A stretch of DNA of 63,964 bases, filler included, from Licmophora abbreviata (taxonomy: Eukaryota), in NCBI GenBank assembly GCA_900291995.1. It is 6 parts of 6 records of this genome, joined end to end, with 100 filler letters (N's around TTAATTAATTAA, not from the genome) between each part and the next. Parts side by side here need not be neighbours in the genome. Positions count along the whole stretch, not along the records: positions 55,735 to 62,753 come from OLMU01003931.1; positions 62,854 to 63,964 come from OLMU01003965.1; 4 more parts are not named here. One strand, 5' to 3'. The notes beneath the pieces were generated by a model. The model worked only from the letters and a program-made list of their open reading frames with translations, had not been told where the DNA came from and made no database searches. The position numbers and the translations under genes were made by a program. The first letter of the stretch is position 1. Every line of letters starts with the position of its first letter. Positions 60,090-63,964 of the stretch are shown here, one piece after another.

Positions 60090-60580
60090 GTAGACATGAA
60101 GGTGTGAGTGTGGCGTCCGGCTCATCGTCAATGTAGAGCTAACTGCTACGAACAATACGTCTTAGTAGGCCTGGTCTATCATTCTTGTTTTGCTGTGGTG
60201 TACCAGTACTTGAAACAAAATCTCCCATTCTTGCTGACGAGGCTTCTGTGCCCTGATAGGTGCTAAATGCACTGATGCGGCTGACACAGAAGAGCAAGCT
60301 AACCTACTTGATAGCTAGTTCGGCCGTACCGGTAGGTGTCGAGAATCTCTCGAAAGGCCAAATTTGTAAGATGATTGGAAGCGGGTCAAACCAAGCGTTT
60401 TGATACAATGTTTTGCTAAACACATTGACGACATTGATGAAAATAATTGTAGCGCGTGCGCTGCGATTTCCCACTTTCGCGCGAAGCCCAAGAAAAGCTT
60501 TGCGGATGTGATCGCGACAGCATCATCGCTTTGAGAAAGCGTCAGCACTCTTGTCTGCTTCTGTGTTTTCGTTTTCCGTT

Positions 60581-62264
60581 ATGTCGTCTTATGTGAAAGC
60601 GGGCTTTTCGGAAGGCACTGGCTACGGCGGTGCGGACGGAACAGATAAAAAGAAGCTTCTTGAAGGTCGCAAAAAGGCCGCCAAGGAGGAGACCCAGCAT
60701 GACAAGGAATCGCTGCAGTACTTGAAGACGATTCACCAGAAACTCGCCATGATCAATGGCGAATCCTCCTTTTGCCGTGGGTGGAGAGGACTCGACGAAG
60801 CTCGTCAAGCTGCTGCAAGAACTCTTTCGGAATCAGGTTCCGGCCGACTGGACTCCACGCTGCCCACTGTACCTAATGGCCTTTGACGTCTGCGACCGTC
60901 TGGCAGCCTGCGGCTCGCTCGGGACACTCCTGATTCACGTCGTCGACGACGAGGAAGCTTCAGGATCAGCCAAGATTGAGATTGAAGAGACGGATGATGA
61001 GACAATACTGTCGTCGCTCTCTCAGCTCGCCAGTTTGGCAGAGTGCTTCGTGTCGTCATCGGCCAAGCCGACGGCAGCCGAACGAAAATTTGCGGCGCGC
61101 GTCGTGGAGGTTCAAAAGAAAGTGGAACTTACAGCGACTCGGGTAAAGGCAAAGACAAAGAAGAATGCCCCGATACTCTCTGTAATGACACAGCAAGACA
61201 TTTACAAGAAGGAACTTGGGCCTCTGCGATTCGATCTGTGTCCTTCTCTCTCTGACCACTATTTGACCAAGGGCAAGGTTGCTGGTAGTACACCGGCAAC
61301 TCGAGCTCGTACCTTGTTCAAGGAGCTAACAAGCTACAAGACGGCACTACCGGTTGAGTACGGCAGTTCTATTTTTGTCCGAGCCGTGGAAGATCGGCTC
61401 GACACGATCCGGGCCTTGATTCTCGGCCCCGACGAGACACCGTACGCAAATGGATGCTTCGTCTTTGATATCACTCTGCCTCCAGGCTACCCAAAAGTCG
61501 CGCCAAAGGTACACTTTGCCAATCACGGCGGACAACGCTTCAATCCGAATCTTTACAATTGCGGCAAAGTTTGCCTGTCGCTGCTAGGCACGTGGAGGGG
61601 TCCTGGCTGGATCTCTGGAGAAAGCACACTGTTGCAAGTTCTCATTTCGATTCAAAGCTTGATTCTCGTTCCTGATCCCTACTTCAACGAGCCTGGCTAC
61701 GAATCGTCTCGTGGAACATCTTCGGGAACAAGTCGGAGCAACGGCTACAACCAGAACATCCAAAGACACACGCTCCGTATTTCACTTGCTCCCATCCTCT
61801 CTTGTCTCGCGGAAGGCAAGCCATCTCCATATCCCGAATTCGACGATGTCTTTCGCAAGCATTTTCTTCACAAGCGATTGCCTATTGAACGGCAGCTCAC
61901 GGACTGGGCCAGGAAGAATGCAGCTGCACATTGCGCGGCGGAAACCGTTCGAGGTCACTTGCAGACCTTTGCTGCCTCGCAGAAGCCGTTGGCAGCCGCC
62001 AAACGTAAGCGAGTTCCCACGTACAATGTAAATGCGAACGGCGTCATTGATCTTGCGAACGGATGGGGCTCGTCAAAACGCCCAGCATCGGTGCCATGGC
62101 CGGCGACAGCTGGCGGCATCGCCAAACCCTCGTCTCCCAACGAAGTCGTTTCACTCCTGGACGAAGCCGAAGCGGGGCAAGAAGATTCGAAAATGCCAGC
62201 CGTCGTGACAAATAGCAACAGTCTAGCGAGCGGAGGCGGATTTGATGTCGTGGATTTGACCTAA
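60581..62264 (+). CDS. BIRC6/UBE2O-class ubiquitin-conjugating enzyme; apparent +1 frameshift near 60771
   Basis: Motifs GPDETPYANGCFVFD, RFNPNLYNCGKVCLSLLGTW, LLQVLISIQSLI and PYFNEPG. Upstream 'GTGYGG' and 'LFRN..DW..RCPLY' resemble the BIRC6 pre-UBC region. Confidence 0.88.
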
Positions 62265-62627
62265 GTAGAGACAACGCCGTGTGGGATGCATGATACGCAC
62301 GTGGATTCGTTGGAACAAATCGGGGCATATAGAACGATTGCAGAACTGCCGCGAGACTGGGAAGTAGTAGGCCTTCTCCCAGAAAACAATGGCTGTAATG
62401 TTGCACCTAGCCTTGATTAGGAGTCCACCATGTCACGTCGCTCGCTAGCCTAGAGTGAGTGTACTAAAGATCGGGTCTTCGTCTCATAAGACTGGAAGCA
62501 ATTCTCCTCCTCATCAATCCGCCGATGCAGTTTCAGATATATGGATGTGTTACTGCGATCCCAGTCCCTTGCAGACAAAAGAGTAGGTCTTCCCCGACAC
62601 TCTGGACGAAACAAGAGAAAAGTGCAA

Positions 62628-62746
62628 AAAGAACAACACCCGGGATTCCAACGTGGTCCCCCACCGTAGTACTAACCGGGCCAGACGATGCTTAGCTTCG
62701 CTGAGCAGACGGGAAGCGGCGCTGTCATCGTTGTATGGTCGTTCCT
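62628..62746 (-). rRNA. 5S rRNA gene
   Basis: Reverse complement AGGAACGACCATAC...CCCGTCTGCTCAGCGAAGCTAAGC...GGTTAGTACTACGGTGGGGGACCACG...GTGTTGTTCTTT; boxes A and C present; T-run terminator. Confidence 0.95.
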
Positions 62747-62753
62747 GACAAAG

Positions 62754-62853
62754 NNNNNNNNNNNNNNNNNNNNNNNNNNNNNNNNNNNNNNNNNNNNTTA
62801 ATTAATTAANNNNNNNNNNNNNNNNNNNNNNNNNNNNNNNNNNNNNNNNNNNN
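62754..62853. other. Artificial contig linker/gap
   Basis: 44 N + TTAATTAATTAA + 44 N. Confidence 0.97.
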
Positions 62854-63951
62854 TAGTTCGGGACCGACCTCGGTGGGATAGTTGGGAGGATACGTGACTC
62901 TCAACGCAAGCGGATGCGGTGGCCACGTTCCCATCGCATCGGTCGGAGGCAGGGATATCTCATACGCAATGGGACAGTCGTTGCTAGTGATAGCCGCCGA
63001 AGAATCTGTCAACAGTGTGAACTCGTCGGGAAAGATGGCCTGCAGGGCCTCCACTTCGTCCTGTTGCGCCTGCATCGTCTCTTCATCGGGAGGAACAACA
63101 GGATGGCTCTTCAAGACTGTGGCGGTGTATGGGTCGTTGTTTTGATGACGAGGATTCATTTGCCTCGTGTTCGTTGCTGCCTGAGTCACACTACTACTGC
63201 TGCTCGAGAGTCGTCCTCGTCGTCTCGCATTCTCGATAAACTTCAAGTACGCATCGACATTGGCAGCTCGCATGGGCACATGATGCCCTCCATCGTGTAC
63301 ATGCGATACTGGATCATGATAGTGTCGCAGGACACTGCTGCTCTGCTCAGGCGTAATGAGCGCATCCCTTTCGCCCCAGACGTGCAAACTGGGAATTGGA
63401 ATGGCATCATGATCACTGGAAGGATGCTGCTGGTGCACCAAAAAGACGGAATCCCAATAGTTCGATGGAAGTGGAGCGTCGTAACCTGACACGAGAATGA
63501 TATATTGCAAATTGGGAAAGTGGACCCTTCTTTTGTCGGATGTCGTTTCGTCGCTGCTGTCACCGGTCAAACACGAAGACGAAGACGAAGAAGAAGAAAG
63601 AGACGCGATCAAGTGTGCCAGTCGAGCTCCCTGCGAGAATCCTAGAATTCCTTCCAATTCCTGATGTTGATGATTGTTCCATATGCGTTCTAAATGACGC
63701 ATGGACTCTTCGAGACCCTGATAGTGATTCGGATCCTCGCCTTGACCGTCCGATCGATGCCACCACGTGCGCATCGACTCCTCGCCGCCGTCACCATTGG
63801 AATACAGAAAGGGAGCATCGGGAGCGACCATTTCAATGTTGAATCGTTTGAGAAGCTTCTTGCGTAGCTTGTCCATGCGTCCCAACAGCAATTGTCCAGT
63901 CTGTCGATTGCCATGCAGTACTAGCAGCTTGCGGCGTGGTGGCGACGACAC
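62854..63951 (-). CDS. FSH1/OVCA2-type serine hydrolase fused to an RWD domain (partial; start uncertain, 3' end lost in gap)
   Basis: Motifs LHGNRQ, GFSQGA, HVWGERD and GGHHVP; then RWD-like 'QQDEVEALQAIFPDEF...LRVTYPPNYP'. Confidence 0.8.
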
Positions 63952-63964
63952 ACCATCTCGGCCA

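Noticed and set aside
25399..62853. Repeated palindromic TTAATTAATTAA inside N runs
   Set aside because: Identical 100-nt units with all-frame stops are assembly linkers, not biology. Adjacency across them should not be interpreted.

Overview
Eukaryotic, gene-dense DNA with short GT-AG introns and bipartite plastid presequences (signal peptide followed by F/W/L), consistent with a diatom or other ochrophyte nuclear genome. The window is not one continuous locus: five identical 100-nt linkers (44 N + TTAATTAATTAA + 44 N) join six segments. About 35 protein-coding genes or fragments are supportable, plus one tRNA-Ser(CGA) and one 5S rRNA. The most notable items are: (1) an ATD/DTD2-type tRNA deacylase with an inserted module resembling the C-terminal extension of eukaryotic cysteinyl-tRNA synthetase; (2) a plastid-presequence MsrA whose catalytic Cys codon is an in-frame TGA, with a SECIS-like hairpin in the 3' UTR (selenoprotein); (3) an acylation-motif protein with three tandem CaMK-type kinase domains, the third probably a pseudokinase; (4) a compact BIRC6-type E2 with a tail of SUMO-interacting motifs; (5) an IMP1-like protein. 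At least six otherwise intact genes carry single-base frameshifts, most likely assembly errors. All family assignments come from motif recognition by eye; no searches were run.
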